A stretch of DNA of 64,000 nucleotides, from the IMG/VR virus record IMGVR_UViG_3300036766_002286. One strand, 5' to 3'. Below are positions 39,242 to 49,203 of the stretch, piece by piece. The position numbers and the translations under genes are program-made. Numbering within the stretch: position 1 is the first letter of the stretch; every line of letters starts with the position of its first letter. The stretch comes from a virus (taxonomy: Duplodnaviria; Caudoviricetes). Below the pieces are notes generated by a model that had not been told where the DNA came from, did no database searches, and saw only the letters and a list, made by a program, of their open reading frames with translations.

Positions 39242-39810
39242 ATACCATTTTGATAGTTGGTTTAGGTAACCCAGAAGACAGATTTGCTAGAACCCCTCAT
39301 AATGTAGGTTTCGATGTTATAGATATTTTAGAAAATAGCTATAAACCACTAATACAGGCAAATCTGTCAAACGTTCTAGTTCGCACCGTAACTACCCAAG
39401 ATCTCACAATAGTACTAGCCAAGCCCCTTACTTACATGAATGGCTCTGGTTTAGCTGTTAAAGCCCTTATGGAAAAATACAGTGTCGTAGATCCAACAAA
39501 TATTATAGTAATTCACGATGAGCTTGATTTCAATCCTGGTCAAGTGCGCATCAAACTGGGCGGCGGTATAGCCGGCCACAATGGTTTGCGTTCCATAGTT
39601 GAACACATTGGTACTCCAGAGTTCATTAGAGTCCGCATTGGGGTAGGCAAACCCCCAGCCGGCACCTCTGGTCTAGACTATGTGCTAGCTGTCCCAGATA
39701 AAGCCACCTTGATTATATTAAATGAGGCCATCAAAGTAGCGGCAGACGCCACTGAGTTTATATGCTCTCGCGGTATATCATACGCCACACAACAAATTAA
39801 TTCTCTATAA
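39238..39810 (+). CDS. pth: Peptidyl-tRNA hydrolase
   Basis: LIVGLGNP, T.HNVGF, KPLTYMN.SG, HDELD, GHNGLRSI, RVRIGVGKP. Confidence 0.95.
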   Translation: MNTILIVGLGNPEDRFARTPHNVGFDVIDILENSYKPLIQANLSNVLVRTVTTQDLTIVLAKPLTYMNGSGLAVKALMEKYSVVDPTNIIVIHDELDFNPGQVRIKLGGGIAGHNGLRSIVEHIGTPEFIRVRIGVGKPPAGTSGLDYVLAVPDKATLIILNEAIKVAADATEFICSRGISYATQQINSL

Positions 39811-39815
39811 TCACA

Positions 39816-41060
39816 CTAGCGTCGGGTATTTACCCACCCGTAATACGCCGGCCCGAAGTTTATTAAGTCCCGCATAATAGTTTTCGTCGTACATGTTTGT
39901 CCGGAAGTTGCAGCTGTACAAGTTTTTGTTATTGTCGTAGTCATGGTCTCTATTATAGTTATAATAGGAGCACTTATCACATCAATAGGCGTTTCAACAA
40001 CCTCAGCTCGAACTTATGTCCTACTATATATTCTCAAAACTTTACGTGGAGTAATTGCCCCCGTAGTCTCTGATGGCGAACTTTGACCACCAGCATTTAC
40101 TGCTATAATTCTGAACTTATAAGCAACATTGTTTTTCAATCCCAAAATAGTAACACTTGTACCTGTTCCTCTATTAAAATTTCGCCCAGCCCAAAACATT
40201 CCACCATCTGAGCTATATTGTATAATGTAGTTTGTAATTGGAAAATTGCCAAAATATATAGGCATTCTCCAGGTCAAATATACTGATCCATCTCCAGGAG
40301 TACCTATAATTTTAAGCGGCCTATTAGGTGCTACATTTAATATAGTAGGCGGCAGAGTCTGTACTACAGGTGCTATAGTTACTACAACTGAAGTTACAGT
40401 AGCAGCCTGTTGTATGGTAGTAGATGTTGTTGCTGGAATCATTAAGATGCTTCCTGTCGGTACAGTTACTTTAATCGGGACTGTAATTGTTGTAGTAACT
40501 AGCACAGTCGTTGGAACTGCAGGTATTGTAGTAGTTTGTACTAACGTTGTAGGTATAATAGTTACCGCTGTTGTGGTAGTTTCCGCGTTCCCCGAAGTTT
40601 CTCCAGGTGATCTTGGTGTAACAAAAATTTGCTGCGATGCGAGCGACCTCTGTCCATTTTGGTCTATTGCTATCACCCGGAACTTATACGAAGTGTCATT
40701 TAGCAAATGCACTATCACATCTTGCGTGTTTGCTGAGGTACCTGAATTTTGGGTCATCCACGCTAAACTGTCTACTGTAGCATATTCTATAATGTAGGTA
40801 TCAACTGTCAATTCCCCAAGGCTCGAAGGCGCAGCCCAAGTCAAAGAAACTTTTTTATTTCCTGGACTACCCAGCACATCAGTTGGAGAGCTTAACTGGG
40901 TCCCCTCCACGGTTGTAGTGGAGGCCTTACTTTCACTAAGTGCATATTTAATAGGAGAAATTCTAGTACCAGTAGTTCCAGCCGGAACCAAAACGGCCAT
41001 GAGTACTATAACTGTGAATAACAGCAGCCAACGCTTAAAATTTAATCTAAAAGTACTCAT
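39816..41060 (-). CDS. Secreted protein with two FN3 domains; ORF stops at an in-frame TAA (40014-40016), with the Cys2-RR tail encoded in frame beyond it
   Basis: Signal peptide, two FN3 domains, Thr linker; continuation ...IIETMTTTITKTCTAATSGQTCTTKTIMRDLINFGPAYYGWVNTRR*. Confidence 0.75.
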
Positions 41061-41197
41061 ACTATAATTGTGGCTACACGCCTTCGCCACACATTCCACA
41101 ATATTACTATATTAATAAGGCTTTAGCCACTTTAACCTTATTATTAAGGTTTTTGTCTATTTATAATAATATGTGTGCGACAAACCTATGACTAATT

Positions 41198-44100
41198 TTA
41201 TCGTCTAGAATCTATAAAAGAGTGTGATGAAAATCCATAGTTTATTAGTCTATGCATTTCTGTCTTTGTGGTGCACTTCTGACCACCTTTTTCTAACACA
41301 CAAGTTCTAGTGATATTTGTAGTCAAGGTTTCTATCACCGTAATGTTTGTAATTGTAATATTTCTAGGAACTGCTGTAGTCGTAGTAGTACTATTCTCTA
41401 CAACTGTTGTAGTAGTACTAGATGGAGTACTTACCGGCAATTCTAAGGTGACTCTAGGAGATACTGCAGATACAACACCCTCTCCCACCATATTGACAGC
41501 CCGTACCCTAAATTGATATGTTTTTCCACCTTTTAGATCTGCCAGAGTTACTCTAGGAACAGATGTTAAACTGTTCGCAAAAGTTGTCCAAGACCGTCCG
41601 TTATTTGTAGTGAATTCTACCAAATATACAATAATAGGTGCCCCACCCGTATTTTCAGGAGCTGACCATTTCAAAAATACTTTATTATTTTTTATAGTAA
41701 TTGTTATAGATGTCGGAGCATCTGGCACTGCTGGTGCTATTGTTGTTGTGGTAACTGGTGGCATAGTTGTAGTAGCAGGAATTGTTGTAGTAGTGGTGGT
41801 AGCTGGTGTTGTAGTTGTAGGAGCTGCTGTAGTAGTTGTAGTTACTCCAGGTGTAACATTCGAAGATGTAGCAGATACTGCTCCAAATCCTAACGCATTT
41901 TGTGCACTCACTCTAAATTGATGTACAGTTCCATTAGTAAGTCCAGTTACAGTTGCTCCAGTTGATGCGGACACTCCATCTGTAAAAGTTGTCCAAGATG
42001 TTCCAGAGTTTGTAGTGTACTCTACCAAGTAATCAGTAATTGCAGATCCACCCGTGTTCGGTGCAGACCATGTCAATGTAGCGGTTGTATTACCAGCTGT
42101 TCCACTAACCGTACCAACTCTTGCAGGTTCCGTAGTAACATTCACAATTCGTCCAGCACCAACATCTACAGCTAGCAGTAAATTACCCATACTTTCTTTG
42201 CTACTTCCAATTACTATTGTATTTTCATAACCAAGTCTTCCGACAGATCCAGCGCCCCAACATTTTATTTTACCTCCATTTAATAGAGCACAAGCATGGG
42301 CACCCGCAGCTACAACCGCTGAGACAGTACGCCCTGCACCAAAGTTTATTGCTAGTAAATTGTCTCCCATCTCGTTGGCATCATCACCTATTGAGTCAGC
42401 ACTACCCTGCCCAAGTTGTCCATTAGAACTAATACCCCAGCATTTTAGCGTTGTATTATCCAGAACTCCGCAAACAAAACCAGTCCCAGCAACTACAGCA
42501 GTTGCCGTACGTCCGGAACCCAAATTTACTGCTGGTAGATTATCACCCATTTCATTACTACCATCTCCACGATTACTAGTATCACCTTGCCCAAGTCGGC
42601 CGCTGGTTCCCGCTCCCCAACATTTCACAGTGTTATTATCTAATAATGCACATACAATATTATCTCCAGCGCTAATCTTTTGTGCGGTACGTCCAGTTCC
42701 TAGACTTACTGCAGATAAGTTATCACCCATCTCATTGGCGCCGTCTCCACGCGTTGCGGTATCACCCAAACCTAGCTCACCAGATCCATTAGATCCCCAA
42801 CATTTCACACTAGCATTATCTAAAAGTGCACAAACTTGTCCATTACCAGCAGTAATAGATGTAGCTGTGCGCCCACTACCTAAATTCACAGCAGGCAAAC
42901 TATCACCCATCTCTCCGGAGGCATCTCCACGGTTATCAGTGTCTCCTAAACCAAGGGAACCAACAGTATTTGCACCCCAGCACTTTACTGTAGCATTATC
43001 TAATATTGCACACGTAAAACCAGAACCAAGTGCTATAGCAGTAGCTGTACGCCCAGTTCCTAAATCTACTACAGGTAAGTTATCTCCCATTTCATTAGCA
43101 CCGTCTCCGCGCGTTGTGGTATCACCATAACCAAGCCTGCCCTGAGCCCCGTTCCCCCAACATTTTACTGTAGCATTGTCTAATATAGCACACGAATGCG
43201 CAGACCCCGCTACAACAATACTTGCTGTACGCCCAGTTCCTAAATCAACTGCTGGCAGATTATCTCCCATTTCAGATGTGGCATCGCCTCGATTATTAGT
43301 ATCTCCATAACCAAGTTGTCCATTACTATTAGATCCCCAACATTTTACAGCACTATTATCTAAAATAACACACGTGGCTGTTGCTTGTGAAGCCATGTTA
43401 CTACTTATAGCAGGCACTGTTCGACTACTGCCCAAGCTTACTTCAGCTAAATTATCACCCATAGCATTTAAGCTTTTTCCTCTATCTGTAATGTCTCCAT
43501 ATCCTAGTAGTCCATCGGAATTACCTCCCCAACATTTTATGGTAGAGTTATCTAATATCACACAGGTCTGTCCGCCTTCACCATTACCATTTCCAGCACT
43601 AAGTGTTTTAGCTGTTCGCCCCGATCCTAAGTCTACAACTGCTAAGTTGTCTCCCATTTCATTAGCACCGTCTCCCCTATCATTAACATCATTATAACCA
43701 AGATATCCTAAATTATTTGCTCCCCAACATTTCACAGTATCATTATCTAATATCGCACAGATCTGTCCAGCGCCGCCCGCACTCAATACTTTTGCAGTTC
43801 GTCCAGTGCCCAAGTCTATAGCAGGAAGATTATCTCCCATCTCACTTGTATTATCACCACGATTATTAGTATCTCCTAAACCAAGTTTTCCTTGTGAATT
43901 GCTGCCCCAGCATTTAGAAGTATTATTATCTAAAATAGCACAACTAACAAGAGCACCGGTACTAATAGTTCTAGCAGTTCGCCCGGTTCCTAAGTTAACC
44001 GCTAGTAAGTTGTCTCCCATTTCATTAGCACCGTCTCCACGTGATGTAGTGTCTTCATAACCCAAACGTCCTAGTGCTCCATTCCCCCAACATTTTACTG

Positions 44101-44860
44101 TATCATTATCTAACAAGGCACAAGTGTGATTTTGGCCACCAGTACTAATTATTTTAGCTGTACGTCCAGTTCCCAAGTCAACTACTGGTAAGCTATCTCC
44201 CATCTCTCCGGCCCCATCACCGCGTGCAGCTACATCTCCCAATCCAAGCTGTCCAAAAGTATTAGACCCCCAACATTTCACAGTATCATTATCTAATAAG
44301 GCGCATGTAAAATTGGTTCCAGCACTGACCCTTTTGGCTGTACGCCCAGTTCCCAAATTAACAGCTAGTAAGCTATCTCCCATCTCTCCGGCCCCATCAC
44401 CGCGCCAGGTTACATCTCCATAACCAAGTTGTCCTTCCGTATTACGTCCCCAACATTTCACTGTGTTATTATCAAGTATCACACAAGTGTGTGCCGATCC
44501 AGCACTGATCATTTTGGCTGTGCGCCCAGTTCCTAAGTCAACTGTTGGTAAGTTATCTCCCATCTCATTTATATTATCACCACGTATAATAAGATCCCCG
44601 TAGCCTAATTGTCCGGAAGAATTACGTCCCCAACATTTCACTGTGTTATTATCAAGTATCACACAAGTATGCGATCCACCGGCTGATATGTAATATCCTA
44701 AACTTATTGCTTGCGTACCGAGTCCGTTCGCATCACTAATGACTGCTTCACCAGGCTCAGCTTGAACGCTATTATATGACACTAAACTTGGCAGTATTAA
44801 AAGCGCACAAACTACCAGCAATCCCATAGCTTGTTTGAAGGTTTTCGTAGTTACACTCAT
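41198..44860 (-). CDS. Secreted RCC1/BLIP-II-repeat protein (14 repeats) with two FN3 domains and the Cys2-RR tail
   Basis: 14 LDNxTVKCWG-type repeats, most followed by GxLGxGD..RGD..EMGDNL; FN3 motifs; Thr linkers. Confidence 0.9.
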   Translation of the reverse strand: MSVTTKTFKQAMGLLVVCALLILPSLVSYNSVQAEPGEAVISDANGLGTQAISLGYYISAGGSHTCVILDNNTVKCWGRNSSGQLGYGDLIIRGDNINEMGDNLPTVDLGTGRTAKMISAGSAHTCVILDNNTVKCWGRNTEGQLGYGDVTWRGDGAGEMGDSLLAVNLGTGRTAKRVSAGTNFTCALLDNDTVKCWGSNTFGQLGLGDVAARGDGAGEMGDSLPVVDLGTGRTAKIISTGGQNHTCALLDNDTVKCWGNGALGRLGYEDTTSRGDGANEMGDNLLAVNLGTGRTARTISTGALVSCAILDNNTSKCWGSNSQGKLGLGDTNNRGDNTSEMGDNLPAIDLGTGRTAKVLSAGGAGQICAILDNDTVKCWGANNLGYLGYNDVNDRGDGANEMGDNLAVVDLGSGRTAKTLSAGNGNGEGGQTCVILDNSTIKCWGGNSDGLLGYGDITDRGKSLNAMGDNLAEVSLGSSRTVPAISSNMASQATATCVILDNSAVKCWGSNSNGQLGYGDTNNRGDATSEMGDNLPAVDLGTGRTASIVVAGSAHSCAILDNATVKCWGNGAQGRLGYGDTTTRGDGANEMGDNLPVVDLGTGRTATAIALGSGFTCAILDNATVKCWGANTVGSLGLGDTDNRGDASGEMGDSLPAVNLGSGRTATSITAGNGQVCALLDNASVKCWGSNGSGELGLGDTATRGDGANEMGDNLSAVSLGTGRTAQKISAGDNIVCALLDNNTVKCWGAGTSGRLGQGDTSNRGDGSNEMGDNLPAVNLGSGRTATAVVAGTGFVCGVLDNTTLKCWGISSNGQLGQGSADSIGDDANEMGDNLLAINFGAGRTVSAVVAAGAHACALLNGGKIKCWGAGSVGRLGYENTIVIGSSKESMGNLLLAVDVGAGRIVNVTTEPARVGTVSGTAGNTTATLTWSAPNTGGSAITDYLVEYTTNSGTSWTTFTDGVSASTGATVTGLTNGTVHQFRVSAQNALGFGAVSATSSNVTPGVTTTTTAAPTTTTPATTTTTTIPATTTMPPVTTTTIAPAVPDAPTSITITIKNNKVFLKWSAPENTGGAPIIVYLVEFTTNNGRSWTTFANSLTSVPRVTLADLKGGKTYQFRVRAVNMVGEGVVSAVSPRVTLELPVSTPSSTTTTVVENSTTTTTAVPRNITITNITVIETLTTNITRTCVLEKGGQKCTTKTEMHRLINYGFSSHSFIDSRR

Positions 44861-45013
44861 ACCCTACTATTATGCCGTATTTTAGCGCTTTTGCACTCAT
44901 TATGAATGTGGTATTATAACTATTACTCTCATATAAAAATCACATATTAACTGGTACTGGCTATATTACAGTCCGTGTATGCGCTGTATGCAATAACAAT
45001 AACAATAATATAA

Positions 45014-45916
45014 ATGGCATCCACGTCTACTTCCGAACCACACGACTTACGCTCTTTTTTCCGCGCGGTCGGTGGATTTTCTCCTGAACACGCTTTACTA
45101 CAAGCCCCACTAGTTAGAGCTGATTGCCAAGGTGTTGTAGAAATGTTGGATAAAGAATCTAGCAAAGTTACTTCAGAGCCATTGAAAGTTGAAGCTTTCA
45201 TCGATGGCATTCAAAGTGCATTGTGTATAACCTATAGGGAACATCGCCCAGTGTACTTAACTTACACAGCAGCCGGTGCTGTAGGTGCGCACAGCAAATT
45301 ACTAGAAATGAACGAAAAACTTTGTGTTGTTTATTCTAGAGCGGACAGCGAATGGATTTCTTCACTAAATACTTCTATTCCTGGAATCGAATTATTACAA
45401 GAACGTCCAGATGAACTTACTAATGCAGCTATCTCACAACTTGGCGCACAAAGAGATACATTAGAGCGCGCTCTTGTTTCTAGTTTAGTAGACTCCGGCC
45501 ACACCTCGCTGCTTATTGATGGATCTCTCCTTGGTAAAACTTATCGCCCCGAACTTGTAGGTGTTGTAAAATCACACGCCACAAAGTATTTACTAGATGA
45601 ATCTGCTCTCTGGAGTTTACCAGCAGGTTGGCGTTCAGCGCGATTTAAACTCCCCATTGGCATGCAAGGATCTACTACCGATAGATATTCATGTTATTTA
45701 CGTATGCATTCAGCTCAGTTTCAAGCTTGGAATTTCGGTCTTATTCGCCTAGAAAGTTTTGATCCAGATCTTCTTGATCCTCTAGCTGCATTAGCTCTTA
45801 ATGAAAAACAAGCCTCAGCTTCTAGAGATAAACGCTATGACCGCCATTTAGCCGGCGTACGTGCTGTAGAAGATGTACTAAGAGCCAGACGCCCGTCTGT
45901 GTTTACACTTGTATAA
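45014..45916 (+). CDS. nurA: NurA-like nuclease
   Basis: FIDG, LLIDGSL, VGVVKSH, RYSCYLR, GLIRLE, terminal E..LR; directly upstream of HerA. Confidence 0.78.
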   Translation: MASTSTSEPHDLRSFFRAVGGFSPEHALLQAPLVRADCQGVVEMLDKESSKVTSEPLKVEAFIDGIQSALCITYREHRPVYLTYTAAGAVGAHSKLLEMNEKLCVVYSRADSEWISSLNTSIPGIELLQERPDELTNAAISQLGAQRDTLERALVSSLVDSGHTSLLIDGSLLGKTYRPELVGVVKSHATKYLLDESALWSLPAGWRSARFKLPIGMQGSTTDRYSCYLRMHSAQFQAWNFGLIRLESFDPDLLDPLAALALNEKQASASRDKRYDRHLAGVRAVEDVLRARRPSVFTLV

Positions 45917-45976
45917 CATATACTATGACTTTTTCAACATTTCAGCACAGTAATATTTTAATATTAGGAGTTTCAA

Positions 45977-47842
45977 ATGCCTACAGAAAATAACACAACA
46001 CCGCAAGTAAAACTAGGTCGAGTGTATTTACCTACTACCCCAGGTACTCCAGTCGGACGTTTTGAATTCGTAGTTGAACGCAATGACGGCAACTCTGTAG
46101 AAGTAGGTATGCCCGTAGCAGCCGATACAACAGAAGGTACTGTTGTTGGTACTATTGTAGACATGCGTACTGTGGGTTCTGATCACGATCCTATTACAGC
46201 TGATCTCGCATCTGATGGCAGATGTGCTGATTTACCAGAAGTTGTCGTAGCCCAAGTTCAAGTCTTTCACTCTAAATTACTTCGTCCAGTTAGAGCAGGT
46301 ATAGTTAGAGCTGCAACCAAAGATGAGATGTTACTTGCTACCGGTTATGATCGCATGGACTGGCCTATTCCAGCAGGTGTTGTTCCACTAGCCGACGGCA
46401 CAACTGCTCGTATTTGTTTTGATGGCACTTCTCTTCTTGGCCCGGAAGCGGCTCACTTAAATGTAGGAGGCTTAAGTGGTCAGGCCGCTAAAACATCTTA
46501 TATTGGAATGCTTCTAAGATCTGCTATCCATTCTGGTGGTCCACAGCATCGAGTGGCCTCCTTAGTATTTAATGTTAAAGGTGAAGACTTGATTTGGTTG
46601 GATGAAAAACCTACGTCTGGTTATGAGCTCACCTCAGAAGACTTAGATATGTATAAATCATTAGGTATTCCAGCTACCCCTTTCGAAGATGTCACAGTCT
46701 ATGCCCCATCTCTTCCAGCTGGTTCAGACGCTACAAGGTGCCCAAGACAAGATGCTTTACCGTTAGGCTGGGACCTAGCCATGGTTTGGCGTTATTTGAA
46801 ATATTTTATTAACACAAGTTTTTATGATGACGAAAAACTAACTTCATTTTTATATGAATTTGGAGCTGAATGTCTTAATAATCCAGATCACACTAAGCGT
46901 GTAGATACTTTTGATAAGCTGGATGCTTGGTTTAAAGGAATTTTAGAGCGGCCACTAGAAGAACATGAAAAAGAAAGTCCTATTGTTTGGCGGGCCCATC
47001 ACAGAGCAACCGTCTGGCGTATTCGTCGTATGTTATCTGGCGCAGTACTGGCCGGTTCCCAAGGTTTAGTTGTTCATGGTAAAGCAACGAACGGCACTGA
47101 CATTCCAGATTCTAACTGGCATCATGGTCAAGTTATTGTTGTAGACATCGCAGGCCTGTCTACAAATGTGCAGTCAGCTGTTATTGCACGCACTATTGAA
47201 AGACTTCTAAAAAGTGCCGCCGACGGAGAACTTGGTGTAGATCACTTGGTTGTTGTCGCAGACGAGCTTAATGCATTTGCTCCATCTCAGGGAGCTGAAA
47301 TGTCTAACGTTAAAAAAGTTCTCCAAAAGGTCTCAACTCAAGGTCGTTATGCTGGTATTTCTCTTTGGGGTGCTGGCCAAAAATTAAGTAAGATAGATGA
47401 AATGATACGCGATAACGCAGCCACCAGAGCACTCGGTATCACTTCTGATGGCGAGCTCGCTTCTGGCATTTATGGCTCTATGTCATCTGGTCTAGTAGAA
47501 CGTATTGCAACTTTACCTAAAGGATATATGGCATTATCACATTATTCTTTTAGAAGCACGTTAATCGTACGCTTTCCCAGACCTGCCTGGCGTACAGGTA
47601 AATCTCGCACTACTGGTGGTACAAAACTTAAAATCACTAGTGTTTTAGATTTATCTCCTCGTTCACTTGAGCGCCTCAGTGAAGGTAATTCGCCTGAAAT
47701 TGTCGATAGCATAATTTCTAGTGCAGGTTCTCAACAAGAAGCTTTAGAGAAGTTACAAAAAGCCCGTATTCCAGATATGAAAAAAGTCGCTTTGCACGAA
47801 CCTTCAACGTACGATCCAGAAAATCCCTACGATTTTGATTAA
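45977..47842 (+). CDS. herA: HerA-family ATPase (bacterial type)
   Basis: N-terminal barrel region; variant Walker A HLNVGGLSGQAAKTSY; FNVKGEDL; Walker B VADELNAFAP; QGR. Confidence 0.85.
   Translation: MPTENNTTPQVKLGRVYLPTTPGTPVGRFEFVVERNDGNSVEVGMPVAADTTEGTVVGTIVDMRTVGSDHDPITADLASDGRCADLPEVVVAQVQVFHSKLLRPVRAGIVRAATKDEMLLATGYDRMDWPIPAGVVPLADGTTARICFDGTSLLGPEAAHLNVGGLSGQAAKTSYIGMLLRSAIHSGGPQHRVASLVFNVKGEDLIWLDEKPTSGYELTSEDLDMYKSLGIPATPFEDVTVYAPSLPAGSDATRCPRQDALPLGWDLAMVWRYLKYFINTSFYDDEKLTSFLYEFGAECLNNPDHTKRVDTFDKLDAWFKGILERPLEEHEKESPIVWRAHHRATVWRIRRMLSGAVLAGSQGLVVHGKATNGTDIPDSNWHHGQVIVVDIAGLSTNVQSAVIARTIERLLKSAADGELGVDHLVVVADELNAFAPSQGAEMSNVKKVLQKVSTQGRYAGISLWGAGQKLSKIDEMIRDNAATRALGITSDGELASGIYGSMSSGLVERIATLPKGYMALSHYSFRSTLIVRFPRPAWRTGKSRTTGGTKLKITSVLDLSPRSLERLSEGNSPEIVDSIISSAGSQQEALEKLQKARIPDMKKVALHEPSTYDPENPYDFD
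47820..47840 (+). repeat. 21-bp direct repeat AAAATCCCTACGATTTTGATT, copy 1 (herA 3' end)
   Basis: Identical to 49092-49112. Confidence 0.9.
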
Positions 47843-47849
47843 TTAGTAG

Positions 47850-48194
47850 TTATTTAACGTTTATACACCTAAAAGCAATTCTTTTCGCTACTCCTAAAAC
47901 CATAGAGCTTATTGAAATATCTGGCCATATGCCTTTAGTCTTCCAATCATCTACCAATACTTGAGCAGCAGCAGCTGAAGTAAATTTTGCTTCCCACATA
48001 TTAAATAACCTTCTGGCTAAATTATCCGTATCTTTAACAAGGATCTGATCAAACTGTTCTTGTGTAAGGCCTTCACCATCAAGTATAGAATAAGTATTAT
48101 CAAGCCATCTATTGTACGCTATATAGCGTTTTTCATCTACACTATTTAGAAACTCATCTGTATTGTTTGGATTTATTTCTTCTGATTCATTCAT
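47850..48194 (-). CDS. Small acidic protein, W..GLTQE family
   Basis: AYNRW..GLTQEQFD..MWEAKF..AA..L..KGIWP. Confidence 0.75.
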   Translation of the reverse strand: MNESEEINPNNTDEFLNSVDEKRYIAYNRWLDNTYSILDGEGLTQEQFDQILVKDTDNLARRLFNMWEAKFTSAAAAQVLVDDWKTKGIWPDISISSMVLGVAKRIAFRCINVK

Positions 48195-48222
48195 ATTATC
48201 TCCTTGGAGTATATTTATTTAG

Positions 48223-48522
48223 TTATAAAGATTCCGGCCATAATTTTTCAGTTTTCAAGTACTCTATTAAACTTGTCGCAGCACCCTCTGCAGAAAGTTT
48301 TGCGATCCACATTTCAAACATTATTTTGCCGATAGCATTATATGCATCTTTTTCGATAATTTTGTCATACTGTTCTTGGGTAAGTCCCGCAGCACTTAAT
48401 ACAATATGGATCATAACCCGCCAATTCCAATACGCCGCAAAGTCATCACGATCCACCGGCTCTTGAGTATACCCAATAACGTTATTTACATTATTTGGAT
48501 TTATTTCCTCTGATTCGTTTAT
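48223..48522 (-). CDS. Small protein, W..GLTQE family; ancestral ATG changed to ATA at 48522 (fallback GTG 48456)
   Basis: Upstream frame reads INESEEINPNN, matching the paralog start MNESEEINPNN; GGAGG SD. Confidence 0.65.
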   Translation of the reverse strand: MNESEEINPNNVNNVIGYTQEPVDRDDFAAYWNWRVMIHIVLSAAGLTQEQYDKIIEKDAYNAIGKIMFEMWIAKLSAEGAATSLIEYLKTEKLWPESL

Positions 48523-49016
48523 AAAAGCCCTCCACTTCCAACAGGCCCTGTACTACTAGCTAAATTTGCATATTTAACATCAAGTTTCGTACCAGTGAAA
48601 TCAGCACCTTTAAAGCGTCTCGTATCTAAGTTATTAACATTTGTAAAATCAGCATTAGTCAAATTAGCATTGGTAAAGTCGGTCTCCTTGCATTGAGCAT
48701 TAGTCAAATTAGCGCGAGTAAAATTTCCATAGCCAAAATCCGCCGCCCACAACTCGGTATTTGTTAAATTAGCATCGGTGAAATTTGCTCCACCCATCTC
48801 AGCAAATCTAAAATCCGCTTCTGAAAAATCCGCTCCAGAAAAATTGACATCACACATACAAGCCCCTGAAAAATCAGCATTTCTAAAATCACAGCCAGTA
48901 AAATCTGTAGTATAGTCATTTAAGCCTAATGCCACGTCCCCGTCCCCTAAAATCATGATAGCAGGGCTTCCGTTTTTATCTATATATGCCACTTTACGAT
49001 ATGATGGTGTAGTCAT
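48519..49016 (-). CDS. Pentapeptide repeat protein (PRP23, ADF-type repeats)
   Basis: YIDKNGSPAIMIL cap; A(D/N)F repeats. Confidence 0.9.
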   Translation of the reverse strand: MTTPSYRKVAYIDKNGSPAIMILGDGDVALGLNDYTTDFTGCDFRNADFSGACMCDVNFSGADFSEADFRFAEMGGANFTDANLTNTELWAADFGYGNFTRANLTNAQCKETDFTNANLTNADFTNVNNLDTRRFKGADFTGTKLDVKYANLASSTGPVGSGGLL

Positions 49017-49091
49017 TGTTACACTCCTTGATCAAAGTATACTATTAGGGCGATTCGCATATTTAGTATAATATCACAGTGATCAATAAAT

Positions 49092-49112
49092 AAAATCCCT
49101 ACGATTTTGATT
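49092..49112 (+). repeat. 21-bp direct repeat, copy 2
   Basis: Identical to 47820-47840. Confidence 0.9.
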
Positions 49113-49203
49113 TATTTCATTGTAATACTGACAATTTCAGGGGCAAGTTTCAACACCAAACCTTATTGCCTTAATGATGTTAGCCTACACAATATTATAA
49201 ATA

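Larger units (their letters stand above)
47841..49112. mobile_element. Putative inserted 3-gene cassette bounded by the 21-bp direct repeat
   Basis: Direct repeats; genes on the opposite strand to both flanks; own promoter; no recombinase inside. Confidence 0.55.
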
